Of a DNA stretch of 40,013 bases, positions 17,223 through 26,157 are shown piece by piece. Location: IMG/VR virus record IMGVR_UViG_3300008003_000759, positions 1 through 40,013 of that record. One strand, written 5' to 3'. Origin of the DNA: a virus. Its lineage: Duplodnaviria > Caudoviricetes. How positions within the stretch are numbered: position 1 is the first letter of the stretch; each line of letters begins with the position of its first letter. The translations under genes and the position numbers were made by a program. A model generated the notes under the pieces. It ran no database searches. It had not been told where the DNA came from and saw only the letters and a program-made list of their open reading frames with translations.

Positions 17223-18245
17223 ATGCGCAGCTACGACACACCCGGCCGCATCATCACGGTCTCCAACACCGGCCCCGGCGCGGTCGCGGTTCGCGCAGAC
17301 CAGCCGTATCGCCTCCGCAATCTGATCGGCGTGACCGTCCAGCCGGCGAAGGTCGGCGAGGACTTCAACCTCTGCGTCGAAGGCGTCTGCGGCCTGATGG
17401 TCGAGCTCGCGGATCCGGCCACGCCCGCGATTGAAGGCGATCCCGTTTCGATGTCGACCGATGGCTCGTGGAAGCTGGTCGCCAACGCTCCGGCTGAAGG
17501 CTTCGTGTCGTTCGGCATCCTCACGCAACCGATCAAGCGCCCGACCGAGGTTGCGCTTGTGAAGATTGCACCTGCGGCATCTAGTGGCGGTGCTGAGGCG
17601 CCGGGCTACGATGACACTGCGCTGGCGGGACGCGTCTCGGAGGCCGAGACGGCAATCGGCACGCTGAGCGGTCGCACGGACGCTGCTGAAGCGGACATCG
17701 CGGCGCTGCAGGCAGGCGATGGTGGATCTGCGAATGACGCGGTCGTGATGAATGCGTCCCATACCGTCGGATTTCCAACCTCCGGAAGCACGGTCGTTCT
17801 TCCCATGACGCAGGTCGTTCAAGCTCAAGGTCGCGATTGCCACATGGAGCAGTCTGGTCCGGGAGCGAACAAATACTTCGTGGCCGAAGCAGACGGGACC
17901 TTCCAGTTCAACGTCACGCTCCTCGCTCGAGTGGGATATCCGAACGGCATCCCCAAAGGCCGTCTCTACATGAAGCTTTTCAAGTATGATTCAGCCGGCA
18001 GTTTCGTAGGAGCCGCTGGTTTCGGCCTGTCGCCAGATTACGACGCCGCAGGGTGGGCAGGCTTCGAGGGCCCGCCAAATGGAGGATATATGGACGGGTC
18101 TGGACCCGCCATCATCAGGATGATCGCTGGACAGCGCGCGGCTATCGTAGTTGCGTCGCTCGGCGACAAGAGTGTCAAGAACGGGCCGACTTCCGACGGT
18201 TTGCTCATTGATGAGTGCCTGGTTTCCATGAGGAGGATCGCATGA
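17223..18245 (+). CDS. Second DUF2190-like protein extended by a coiled coil and a C1q/TNF-like beta domain (head fibre/spike candidate)
   Basis: N-terminus MRSYDTPGRIITV parallels the previous gene; heptad segment LAGRVSEAETAIGTLSGRTDAAEADIAAL; YFVAEADGTFQFNVTL. Confidence 0.65.
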   Translation: MRSYDTPGRIITVSNTGPGAVAVRADQPYRLRNLIGVTVQPAKVGEDFNLCVEGVCGLMVELADPATPAIEGDPVSMSTDGSWKLVANAPAEGFVSFGILTQPIKRPTEVALVKIAPAASSGGAEAPGYDDTALAGRVSEAETAIGTLSGRTDAAEADIAALQAGDGGSANDAVVMNASHTVGFPTSGSTVVLPMTQVVQAQGRDCHMEQSGPGANKYFVAEADGTFQFNVTLLARVGYPNGIPKGRLYMKLFKYDSAGSFVGAAGFGLSPDYDAAGWAGFEGPPNGGYMDGSGPAIIRMIAGQRAAIVVASLGDKSVKNGPTSDGLLIDECLVSMRRIA

Positions 18246-18496
18246 CCGAGGAAACACTGACCACGCAGGAAGAGAGCCCCGTCTCCATCGACGAGATCTC
18301 GGCGTCCGTCATACACAAAACGAACGGAACGGTCGTCGAACAGGGCTTCGGCCAACTCCGCAAACTCAAAAGCGGCGAGCATTTCAAATTCGTCCGGCCC
18401 GGCGGAGTTCTGATCGACCGCGATGGTGATGTTCGCACCGTCAGGGAATGGCCATCCGATTACGTGCCGGGCCCGACAGAGATATTCGGCCTCTGA
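18242..18496 (+). CDS. Hypothetical protein (start ATG 18242)
   Basis: GAGGAGG SD and ATGA overlap. Confidence 0.7.
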   Translation: MTEETLTTQEESPVSIDEISASVIHKTNGTVVEQGFGQLRKLKSGEHFKFVRPGGVLIDRDGDVRTVREWPSDYVPGPTEIFGL

Positions 18497-18831
18497 TGGA
18501 CGAGTGGGACGATCTCGTCGCGACAGGTTTCGAGCTGCTCGCAGATCCGGCGATCTACGTGATCGCAGGGACCGGCGAGCGTCGTCCCGTTGGCGTCATC
18601 CCGATCGACGAAGCGGAGACGTGGCAAGCGCGGCGCGGCGAGATGCAGGCAACCGGCAGCAAGGTCATCGCACGGCTTTTCGTCGAGCAGATGCCGGAAG
18701 GCTGGCGCGGACCTGATGTGACCGAAGCCGACCGTCTCGAGCACAAGGGTGCAACGTGGAAGGTGAAGCCTGTCCGCGACGAGCTCAATGGTGTCTGGGT
18801 CGTAGAACTCGGCGCCACGAGGAAGCGCTGA
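18496..18831 (+). CDS. Head-tail adaptor / head closure protein (gpFII-like; start ATG 18496)
   Basis: TGATG coupling; size, position and DRLEHKGATWKV..GVWVVEL pattern. Confidence 0.65.
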   Translation: MDEWDDLVATGFELLADPAIYVIAGTGERRPVGVIPIDEAETWQARRGEMQATGSKVIARLFVEQMPEGWRGPDVTEADRLEHKGATWKVKPVRDELNGVWVVELGATRKR

Positions 18832-18836
18832 GCGTC

Positions 18837-18866
18837 CGCCGCCGGAATCTTTCCGCGTGGTAGAAT
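18837..18866 (+). promoter_or_regulatory. Late-promoter-like motif, copy 4 (tail operon), leaderless
   Basis: CGCCGCCGGAAT-ctttccgcgtgg-TAGAAT, 6 nt, ATG 18873. Confidence 0.85.
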
Positions 18867-18872
18867 CCGTCC

Positions 18873-19334
18873 ATGGTTCACATGCGCCGCCAGATCCGAG
18901 AAGCACTCGCCGCGTCCCTTGAAGGGATCGAGAACGTTCGCATCCTCCAGACGCATCGGATCGCAATGGGCGTGGCTCTTGCCGAACAGGGGACAAGCGC
19001 CGTCTGCGTCTTCCCGATCGCCGATCTCGAGCCGCAGCGCATCAACAACGCAATCCAAGGTCCTAAGCCGACCTACCGCAGCTTCCAGTTCGGCGTCGCG
19101 ATCATCGTGAATGACGAGGACGCAGAGGACGGCCGGCTCGACGAGATCGACGCCGAAATTGAGCGCCGCATATTCGCCGAAGGAACGCCGCTCCGAGCAC
19201 TCGCCACGCGCGATATCATTAGCCGAGGCGGTGAGCCCGCCGCCCTCGAAATGTCGGATTCTGCCTACCTCTTTGTCACCGTCTACGAGCTCGTCGCGCC
19301 GATGCGCGAGGGCGAACCTACCCGCTCAGCCTGA
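18873..19334 (+). CDS. Tail terminator protein (gpU-like)
   Basis: HMRRQIREALAASL..RLDEIDAEIE; directly before the tail tube gene. Confidence 0.7.
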   Translation: MVHMRRQIREALAASLEGIENVRILQTHRIAMGVALAEQGTSAVCVFPIADLEPQRINNAIQGPKPTYRSFQFGVAIIVNDEDAEDGRLDEIDAEIERRIFAEGTPLRALATRDIISRGGEPAALEMSDSAYLFVTVYELVAPMREGEPTRSA

Positions 19335-19345
19335 AAGGACTCGCC

Positions 19346-20089
19346 ATGAGCATCATGAACCTCGACCCCCTCTCGATGGACCTCATCCACCAGGGCCGCG
19401 CCGTCCTCGTGGAGGTCATCGCTTCCGGAACCGCCGCCGAGCGCGAAGAGCACCTCGGTAACGTGACCGTGGCCGAAAACGAGATGGAGGCGGAGACCAC
19501 GAAGGTCTACTCCTCGAACTTCCCGACCCGTCGTCAGATCGGCGCGCTCTCGAACGAGACCGGGATGACCTTCTCGTTCACGACGCAGAGCATCAGCCGC
19601 GAGATCCGAGCGATGGCGACGATGGGCCTGCAGTCGCTCATGGAGCTGCCTGCCGTTCCGGACTTCCAGAAGGAGGTCGGCCAGCTGGTCGTCGGCGATC
19701 GCATCCCGCTCGGCCGCCGGGTCACCAGCGTCGAGATCGGCGAACTGGAACCGGGCGTGGACTTCACGATGGTCGAGCGCGGCGAGGTCGTCCTGATCCG
19801 CAACGTTCCCGCTGGCACGCCCGCGACGAACCTCATCACCGGCATCGCACCGGCCGTCACCGGCGGAATGCGCATCGCCATGGGTCAGGCAGCGAACCGT
19901 CAGGTCCATCTGCGCCTCTACGGCATCGAGGAGGGTAAAGAACCCTTCGTCATGGACATCCCGCAGGGCACGATCCGCCCCAGCGGCGCCATGGGCTGGA
20001 TCGGCGAGAATGACCCGATGGATGCCGAATTCTCGGTCGAGGTCGAGGCCGGACCGGATGGATCCTTCGGCACGATCCGCATCGGCTGA
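19346..20089 (+). CDS. Major tail tube protein
   Basis: Position before the chaperones and TMP, strong codon bias, HLGNV and IRPSGAMGWIG motifs, downstream hairpin. Confidence 0.75.
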   Translation: MSIMNLDPLSMDLIHQGRAVLVEVIASGTAAEREEHLGNVTVAENEMEAETTKVYSSNFPTRRQIGALSNETGMTFSFTTQSISREIRAMATMGLQSLMELPAVPDFQKEVGQLVVGDRIPLGRRVTSVEIGELEPGVDFTMVERGEVVLIRNVPAGTPATNLITGIAPAVTGGMRIAMGQAANRQVHLRLYGIEEGKEPFVMDIPQGTIRPSGAMGWIGENDPMDAEFSVEVEAGPDGSFGTIRIG

Positions 20090-20132
20090 TTTCCCTGAGC
20101 GCTGGTTCTGACGATCTTCCCAGCGCCGCCTA

Positions 20133-20165
20133 GCCCGGCTGGTTTCGACCGGCCGGGCACCTTCT
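20133..20165 (+). terminator. Hairpin after the tail tube gene
   Basis: gcccggctggt-ttcg-accggccgggc then accttct. Confidence 0.55.
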
Positions 20166-20184
20166 CCAGACACAGGACTGCATC

Positions 20185-20592
20185 ATGAGCGCCACGAACT
20201 ACGCCTCCATCTTCGACCAGTTCGAGGAAACCCCGTCCATCACCATTCGCGGTCGCACTTATCCCCTTTCCACGATCGGCTCGAAGGACGCTCTGCGCAT
20301 CCGCAAGCGCTTCCCCGATTTCAAGGACAGCATCGAAGGCCTGCAGTTCCTCGTCGAGGACGACAAGGCGAGCGATGACGACCTGACCGACGAGGCGCTG
20401 GATCGCTTGGTTCGCGTGGTCGAATTCACGAACGCCATGGTCGCAATCGCCATGGGTCATCCCGGCGACGAGACTGCCGAGGCACGGATCGACGGTCTGT
20501 TCTCCGACGAGGAGAAGGCGGCGATCATCTCGAAAGCGCAGTCTCTGTCGACCGTGGTCCCCGACGAGGGTTTTTCGAAGCCCTCGGTCTGA
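20185..20592 (+). CDS. Tail assembly chaperone (gpG-like)
   Basis: Between tube and TMP; AGGA SD; slippery heptamer near the 3' end. Confidence 0.8.
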   Translation: MSATNYASIFDQFEETPSITIRGRTYPLSTIGSKDALRIRKRFPDFKDSIEGLQFLVEDDKASDDDLTDEALDRLVRVVEFTNAMVAIAMGHPGDETAEARIDGLFSDEEKAAIISKAQSLSTVVPDEGFSKPSV

Positions 20593-20873
20593 CACTGCCC
20601 AAGGCCGAGCGAGGGAAGGGCAGGGCGGCTGGACGCGCGAAGAGGGGGCCGCCGCCGCTTGAGATCGCGCTCGGCTGGGTCGTGGAGCTCGAGCTTCACG
20701 GCCTCAATCGCGATTACCTGCTCGACCTCTCCTTCGCTCAGCTCTGGACCCGGTGGCGCGTGCTGCGCGGCATCGAGACGCGCCAGACCGCAGCAGCTGC
20801 TCAAGCAGCGCTGATCGGCGCGCGAGCGGGAAAGGCCGACGTGGTAAAATTCTTCAAGCGCATGGGAGGCTGA
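20568..20873 (+). CDS. gpT-like frame reached by a programmed -1 frameshift at G GGT TTT (20568-20574)
   Basis: X XXY YYZ heptamer in frame with gpG; the -1 frame reads FEALGLTLPKAERG.. with no stop into the 20682..20873 ORF. Confidence 0.85.
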   Translation, partial: GFFEALGLTLPKAERGKGRAAGRAKRGPPPLEIALGWVVELELHGLNRDYLLDLSFAQLWTRWRVLRGIETRQTAAAAQAALIGARAGKADVVKFFKRMGG

Positions 20874-20877
20874 CGAC

Positions 20878-23193
20878 ATGGCAAATACGCCCGACATTCG
20901 CGTCCGCATCCGCGCTGATGGCGTCGCATCCGCACGAGCCTCGTTCAAAGCGCTGGAGGCATCTGCATCCCGGTCCTTCGGCCATATCGAGCGCAGCGCT
21001 GCCCAAGCGGCCGCCTCGCTTCGTGCGATCTCCCGTCCGGTCTTCATCACAATCCGTGGCATCGCGTCGATTGCGCGCACGACCGCTCTCGTCGGCACGC
21101 TGGCAGGCGCACTGGCGGGTCTGGAGGTGTCGAAGTATCTCGACGCCGGTCAATCCGTCACGTCCATGCAGGCGGGTCTCAAGGTCGCGATCGATCGCAC
21201 GAGCGAGCTCGAGGGCCAGCTGGCTGACGCCGAAAAGCGAATGACGACTCTCGGTCGCGCCGGTTCGAGTGGTTTCGCAGGCGCTCGTGACGAGGTGTTC
21301 CGGCTCCGCGACGAGCTTTACAAAAGCCGCGATGTCACCGCGCAGGTCGATGCGCAGTTCAACAAGGTAAAGGCGACGGCAGACGAGCTCGGTGTCGAGC
21401 TGAGCAAGGTCGGTCCCGCCTTCGTCGCTCTCGCCAACTCGACCAAGGGCACGAACGCAGCCGGTGCCACGACGGAGCGCACCTTCCGCGGCATTTTGAT
21501 GGCCGGCTCCGCTCTTGGCCGGACAAACGAGGAGGTCGAGGGATCGCTCCTCGCGCTCCAGCAGATCGCGGGCAAGGGCAAGGTGTCCATGGAGGAGCTG
21601 CGCGGTCAGCTCGGCGAGCGTCTGCCTGGCGCCATGAACATCGCTGCGCGCGCCATGGGAACGAACCCAGCAGGCCTCGAAACGATGGTCGCCAAAGGTC
21701 TCGACGCGTCCATCTTCCTCGACCGCTTCTCGCGTCAGCTCGTCAAAGAATTCGCACCAGCTGCGGAGGAGGCTGCGAAGCGTCCGCAGGCTTCGTTCGC
21801 TCGTCTTCGCAACCGGATCTTCCTTGCTCGTGCCGAAGCGGCAAACGGCGGATTAGCGCGCGGACTTGCGACCATCGCGGACAGTGCATCCGTCCTGATC
21901 GATCGCCTTGAAGCGACCGGCGCCTTCGAGCGGACCGGTGCGCGGATCGGTGCAACGATCGAACGTCTGCCGGCGCTCTTCGCGGCTGTCTCGCACGAGG
22001 TGGGCGTCCTTCGCTACTACACGACGGAGTGGCTGCGGCAGATGGGCGTCGCTCTCGGCCTCGATATGAGTGGCTGGGCATCGAACGCCGCAGGCGCGTT
22101 CGGCTGGGTGCGGCAGATGCTCCTGCAGCTCGCGTTCGACATCCCCGGCGTGATCTATGCGCTGCGCCAGGCATTCGCCGGCAATGACGGCAATGTGACC
22201 GAGCGCTACGCATGGGTGCTCACCCTTCGCGACTTCATCCAAGGCCAGCTGATGCCGCTCCTTGAGCAGGTGCCGGCTATGGTCGATCGCTGGGTGCCGA
22301 TCTTCGTCGGCGTCGGCACGGCGTTCCTCGCGATCCTCGAGACGATCCGCGACACGATGGTTTCGATCTTCGGCGAGGAGGGCGCGAACAAGATCGCCGC
22401 GTTCCTGATCATCGGCAAGCTGACCGGGATGCTGTCGCTGGTGGCAGCCTCTCTCAGCCTCGTCGGAACGGCCGTGCGAGGCGTGGTGGCGGCATTCAAC
22501 GTGCTGCGCGCCGCCGCGCTCCTCATGTTCACGCCGCCCGGTGGTCTCATCATCGCGGGCATCGCTGCGGTCGCGGCGCTGGCCTACGTCGTCTACAAGA
22601 ACTGGGACAGCATCAAGGGCTTCCTCGTCGGCGTCTGGGAAGCGATCGGCGATGCGGTCGACGCCTTCGTGGGCGGGATCAAGTCCGCGTGGCAGGGTCT
22701 TGCCGACTTCCTCGCTTCGCCCTTCGAGACCGCGAAGAAGGTCATCAGCGCGATCCTCGAGGGACTGAAGAACGCCGTCGAGAACTCGCCCGCCGGTCTC
22801 CTTTTCAAGTCCGGCAAGTTCCTGATCGAGCAGGGCGCCAAGGCCGCAGGTTTCGCGCAGGGCGGCTATGTGCGCGGGCCCGGCACCGGCACGTCGGACA
22901 GCATCCCCGCGCGTCTCTCCAATGGTGAAGGCGTCATCAACGCCCGTGCGATGCGCGCCTATGGCGGCAAGCCGTTCATCGATGGCCTCAACCGTATGTC
23001 GATGGGCTTCGGAACGCCCGACGTTCTCGAGGTCGGTGGTGGTTCGCCTGGTCGACCTTTGTCGCTCTCGATCCCCGGTCTCGGCAGCGCATCCGGCAAG
23101 GCGGACGATGATCTCGCCGACGGCCTGCAGCGCCTCTTCGAACGCAAGACCGCTGGCCGCGCTCGCCAGCGCAAACCGAGAGGTCACCGCTGA
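20878..23193 (+). CDS. Tape measure protein
   Basis: ALQQIAGKGKVSMEELRGQLGERLP tape-measure domain, VYKNWDSIK repeats, C-terminal GGYVRGPGTGTSDSIPARLSNGE. Confidence 0.95.
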   Translation: MANTPDIRVRIRADGVASARASFKALEASASRSFGHIERSAAQAAASLRAISRPVFITIRGIASIARTTALVGTLAGALAGLEVSKYLDAGQSVTSMQAGLKVAIDRTSELEGQLADAEKRMTTLGRAGSSGFAGARDEVFRLRDELYKSRDVTAQVDAQFNKVKATADELGVELSKVGPAFVALANSTKGTNAAGATTERTFRGILMAGSALGRTNEEVEGSLLALQQIAGKGKVSMEELRGQLGERLPGAMNIAARAMGTNPAGLETMVAKGLDASIFLDRFSRQLVKEFAPAAEEAAKRPQASFARLRNRIFLARAEAANGGLARGLATIADSASVLIDRLEATGAFERTGARIGATIERLPALFAAVSHEVGVLRYYTTEWLRQMGVALGLDMSGWASNAAGAFGWVRQMLLQLAFDIPGVIYALRQAFAGNDGNVTERYAWVLTLRDFIQGQLMPLLEQVPAMVDRWVPIFVGVGTAFLAILETIRDTMVSIFGEEGANKIAAFLIIGKLTGMLSLVAASLSLVGTAVRGVVAAFNVLRAAALLMFTPPGGLIIAGIAAVAALAYVVYKNWDSIKGFLVGVWEAIGDAVDAFVGGIKSAWQGLADFLASPFETAKKVISAILEGLKNAVENSPAGLLFKSGKFLIEQGAKAAGFAQGGYVRGPGTGTSDSIPARLSNGEGVINARAMRAYGGKPFIDGLNRMSMGFGTPDVLEVGGGSPGRPLSLSIPGLGSASGKADDDLADGLQRLFERKTAGRARQRKPRGHR

Positions 23194-23702
23194 TGGATCT
23201 TTCCCGTCACATCCCGGCCATCAACGGCCGCCTGATCGATCTTTCCGCGCATCGCGGCGTCACGATGGCCTACGGCTCGATCGATGGCGTCCCCGCACCG
23301 CGTCGCGACGACAACTGGTCGCTGCGCGCCTCCTCGCGCGGTCGCCTGCCTTCGCGCATGTTCGCGGTGGACCTGTCCGGTGGCTACATGGTCCAGCCTA
23401 TATCGCTGGTCATCGGCGACGTCATCATGCTTGACTGCACCCTTCCGCTGGTCGAGCCCGGCTACGTCGCCGAGGCCGATCTGCGCCGTCCGATCGCTGC
23501 GCATGAGGGTGGACTGGTCTACCGCGCGCAGGACGGTCGCGAGATCACGGATCCAGCTGCATTCGCCGACGCCTGGCAGACGTGGTGGTGCCCTCGCCTG
23601 ACGATGATGGTGCTCGACTTCGCCTACTCCGGCGACATGATGTCGGCCGACAGCACGTGGTCGTATGCGCTGGAAGAGGAAGCGGCGGAGATCACGCCAT
23701 GA
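23193..23702 (+). CDS. Distal tail-like protein
   Basis: TGATG-coupled directly after TMP; called from position only. Confidence 0.55.
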   Translation: MDLSRHIPAINGRLIDLSAHRGVTMAYGSIDGVPAPRRDDNWSLRASSRGRLPSRMFAVDLSGGYMVQPISLVIGDVIMLDCTLPLVEPGYVAEADLRRPIAAHEGGLVYRAQDGREITDPAAFADAWQTWWCPRLTMMVLDFAYSGDMMSADSTWSYALEEEAAEITP

Positions 23703-25558
23703 GCGGCGCCCCGGTGAGCCTCGGTCGCATCTATGCGAAGCTCTGCGACGAGACGCACGACTGGAACGCGGAAGCGGACCGGGTGGACGATCTACCGCAC
23801 TTCGGCATCACGATCAGCGAAGAGGAGGGCGAATTCCCCGTCCTTGAGGTCGCCTTCGAGAATACCGGTGTGGGCGTCGATGCTCTGGTGGGCGGACGTG
23901 AGCGCATTCTGCTGTCGGTCGATCGGCTCGACGCGGATCTCGTGCGTGTCGACACGATCCTGCTTTACGACGGCGTTCTGGACGATACCGGCGATGTCGA
24001 GCTCGGATCCGAGGACGTGACGCTGCGCTACGAGGCGCGGCGTGCGAACTGGCAAGCTCTGCGTGATGCCGTGCTCGTAGGTGTCGCTCTGCCGTTCGCG
24101 GACCCTTGCGCAGGCGATCTGTCTGACCCGGTCGAGCGCCTCGACGGTATCCCTGCGCTGGTGTGCTGGGACCGCACGACGCGACAGCCGATCCTATCCA
24201 GCGCCGTCAATGGTGGCGGAGGCGTCGATCGGAACATCGGTCGCAATCACAGACAGGGCGCCTGCAGGGTGATCCGCAATGGTCGTCCGCTTGGCCGCGT
24301 CGACGTGGTTATCTCGGCAGAATGGACGCAGCGCCAGATTGGCGAGTTCGATGTCGGCGCGATGATCGAGGACGCAACTGCCGAGCAAGGTGGCCTCTCC
24401 ACGCTTACGCCGGACGTTATCGCCGATCGGTGGCCGGAAGATGGCGACGATTTCAGCGGCGGCTACGCCGTGTCGGAATCGCGCCTGGCATCCGTTTCAG
24501 TGCCTCAGGGAGCGCAGGAGCTTGTCCAGTTCGAGCAGGCCGCTGCAGCGGCGCGGACGTTCCGCCCGGGAGCCACCCAGCCTCAGCCGGTCCAGATACG
24601 TCGTCACTGGCTTGCACCGACTCTCAAGCTTGCCGCGACCAGCGAGACGAAGCGTCGCGAAGAGGTCCGCTTCTCGGTCTACAACGGTGGGCAGGGCGCC
24701 TCGACCGATAGCGAGACCGTCGAGATCAATCTGGATCGCCTCGCATTCGACGCAGCCGCACCAGAGTGGCAGCCGAACGTCCGCTACGGGCAGGGTGCGG
24801 TGGTGTCATTCGCCGGCTTCATCTGGCGCAGTCTCGAGCCGCACGATTCCGGCGAGAGCCTCTGGATCGATCGCGCATACGATGGCGAGAATGGAACGAC
24901 ACTCTACCGCTGGGAGCTCGTGGTCCTGGATGGTTCGCCGCTGGGATCGCCGATGGCTGCGTCGTTCTTCAACACCGAGCGCGGCCGCCAGTCGATCGAT
25001 CACGGCATCGCAGTCGCCCTGCAGCGGCTTGCTTATTCGCAGCGCTCCTACACGATCGACATCGAGGTCGACGCGTTCGCCGTCCTAGACATCTCTTGCC
25101 GCGACACCGTGCGCCTCGTCAGCGACCGGATTCCCGGCGTCGGCGGCGAAGCGGTCGGCAAGGTGCGCGGCTACACCTTCCGCTTTTCGGTGTCTGAAGC
25201 GACGTGCATCATCTCGCTCGCAGTCTCGACCGGATCCGGCGTGGCTGGTGGAACCGGCGAAAGGACGATCGCGTTCGGACCGAACTGGTCGAGGGCTGGA
25301 TACGCCGCCCCGGTCTACAATGCGCCTTTCGCGCCTGGCATCGGCGTCAGCAAGGTCGAGATAATCAACACGGCAGACGAGCAGATCGCGGCGCTGCAAC
25401 AGGCGGCCACTGCGGGGCAGGATCTGAGCAAGGTCATTGATGACGTGCGGACCGAGATCCGCGTGTCTGTTCTGCCAGCCGGCGGCGGAGAGACGCTTGC
25501 GCCTATAATGGTCAACGTCACGCCCTATCAGGGCTTCAAGGGAATTGCGCTCCGGTGA
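23699..25558 (+). CDS. Tail tip / hub protein with internal CBM5/12-like module (start ATG 23699)
   Basis: ATGA overlap; APEWQPNVRYGQGAVVSFAGFIWRSL matches the ChtBD3/CBM5_12 pattern. Confidence 0.65.
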   Translation: MSGAPVSLGRIYAKLCDETHDWNAEADRVDDLPHFGITISEEEGEFPVLEVAFENTGVGVDALVGGRERILLSVDRLDADLVRVDTILLYDGVLDDTGDVELGSEDVTLRYEARRANWQALRDAVLVGVALPFADPCAGDLSDPVERLDGIPALVCWDRTTRQPILSSAVNGGGGVDRNIGRNHRQGACRVIRNGRPLGRVDVVISAEWTQRQIGEFDVGAMIEDATAEQGGLSTLTPDVIADRWPEDGDDFSGGYAVSESRLASVSVPQGAQELVQFEQAAAAARTFRPGATQPQPVQIRRHWLAPTLKLAATSETKRREEVRFSVYNGGQGASTDSETVEINLDRLAFDAAAPEWQPNVRYGQGAVVSFAGFIWRSLEPHDSGESLWIDRAYDGENGTTLYRWELVVLDGSPLGSPMAASFFNTERGRQSIDHGIAVALQRLAYSQRSYTIDIEVDAFAVLDISCRDTVRLVSDRIPGVGGEAVGKVRGYTFRFSVSEATCIISLAVSTGSGVAGGTGERTIAFGPNWSRAGYAAPVYNAPFAPGIGVSKVEIINTADEQIAALQQAATAGQDLSKVIDDVRTEIRVSVLPAGGGETLAPIMVNVTPYQGFKGIALR

Positions 25559-26157
25559 GCCTCGACGATAGCATCCGTCAACTCGGCGAGCCTGCTCGAC
25601 AGCAGGGCGCGCGCGTTCCCGTTCCTGCTCCCAGCCGCGCGGCCCCGGCTACCGGACGGATCGGACGAGCAGCGCAGCCGGACGATGGTCGCTCGCGCGT
25701 AGACGCCCGTCTCCTCACGACGCAGGGCCCGGCGCATACCGAAACCGGCAATGACTGGAACAAGACGCCCCAGCTCGACATGGAAATCGGCTCGTTCATG
25801 GAGCAGGCCTACGTCCTGCGCGCGAGCGGCGCGATCATCGTCGATCCGAACGTCGCGAACGTCTGGACGCTAGATCTCGCTGGTGCCGCGACCATCACCT
25901 TCGCCGCGCCGGAGCCGATCCCTCAGCCGCAGCTGGACGCCGGACGCGATCGCAATCGCGCGACGGGCGTCGTCATCCGCATCATCCGCAACGGCTTCGA
26001 CTACGCCTTCACGGGCGTCGAGTTTCCCATCGGAACCGCCGATCGCGTCACCGCCGACGGCAACCGCGACAAGTGGGTGGCCGACTGGTGGGGAGGGCCT
26101 GAACTCGGCTCGAACTGGGAACTCCAGCTGGTCGCAAGCGGCTACGAGGCCGCCTGA
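25555..26157 (+). CDS. Minor tail protein
   Basis: GTGA/TGATG coupling within the tail operon. Confidence 0.6.
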   Translation: MSLDDSIRQLGEPARQQGARVPVPAPSRAAPATGRIGRAAQPDDGRSRVDARLLTTQGPAHTETGNDWNKTPQLDMEIGSFMEQAYVLRASGAIIVDPNVANVWTLDLAGAATITFAAPEPIPQPQLDAGRDRNRATGVVIRIIRNGFDYAFTGVEFPIGTADRVTADGNRDKWVADWWGGPELGSNWELQLVASGYEAA

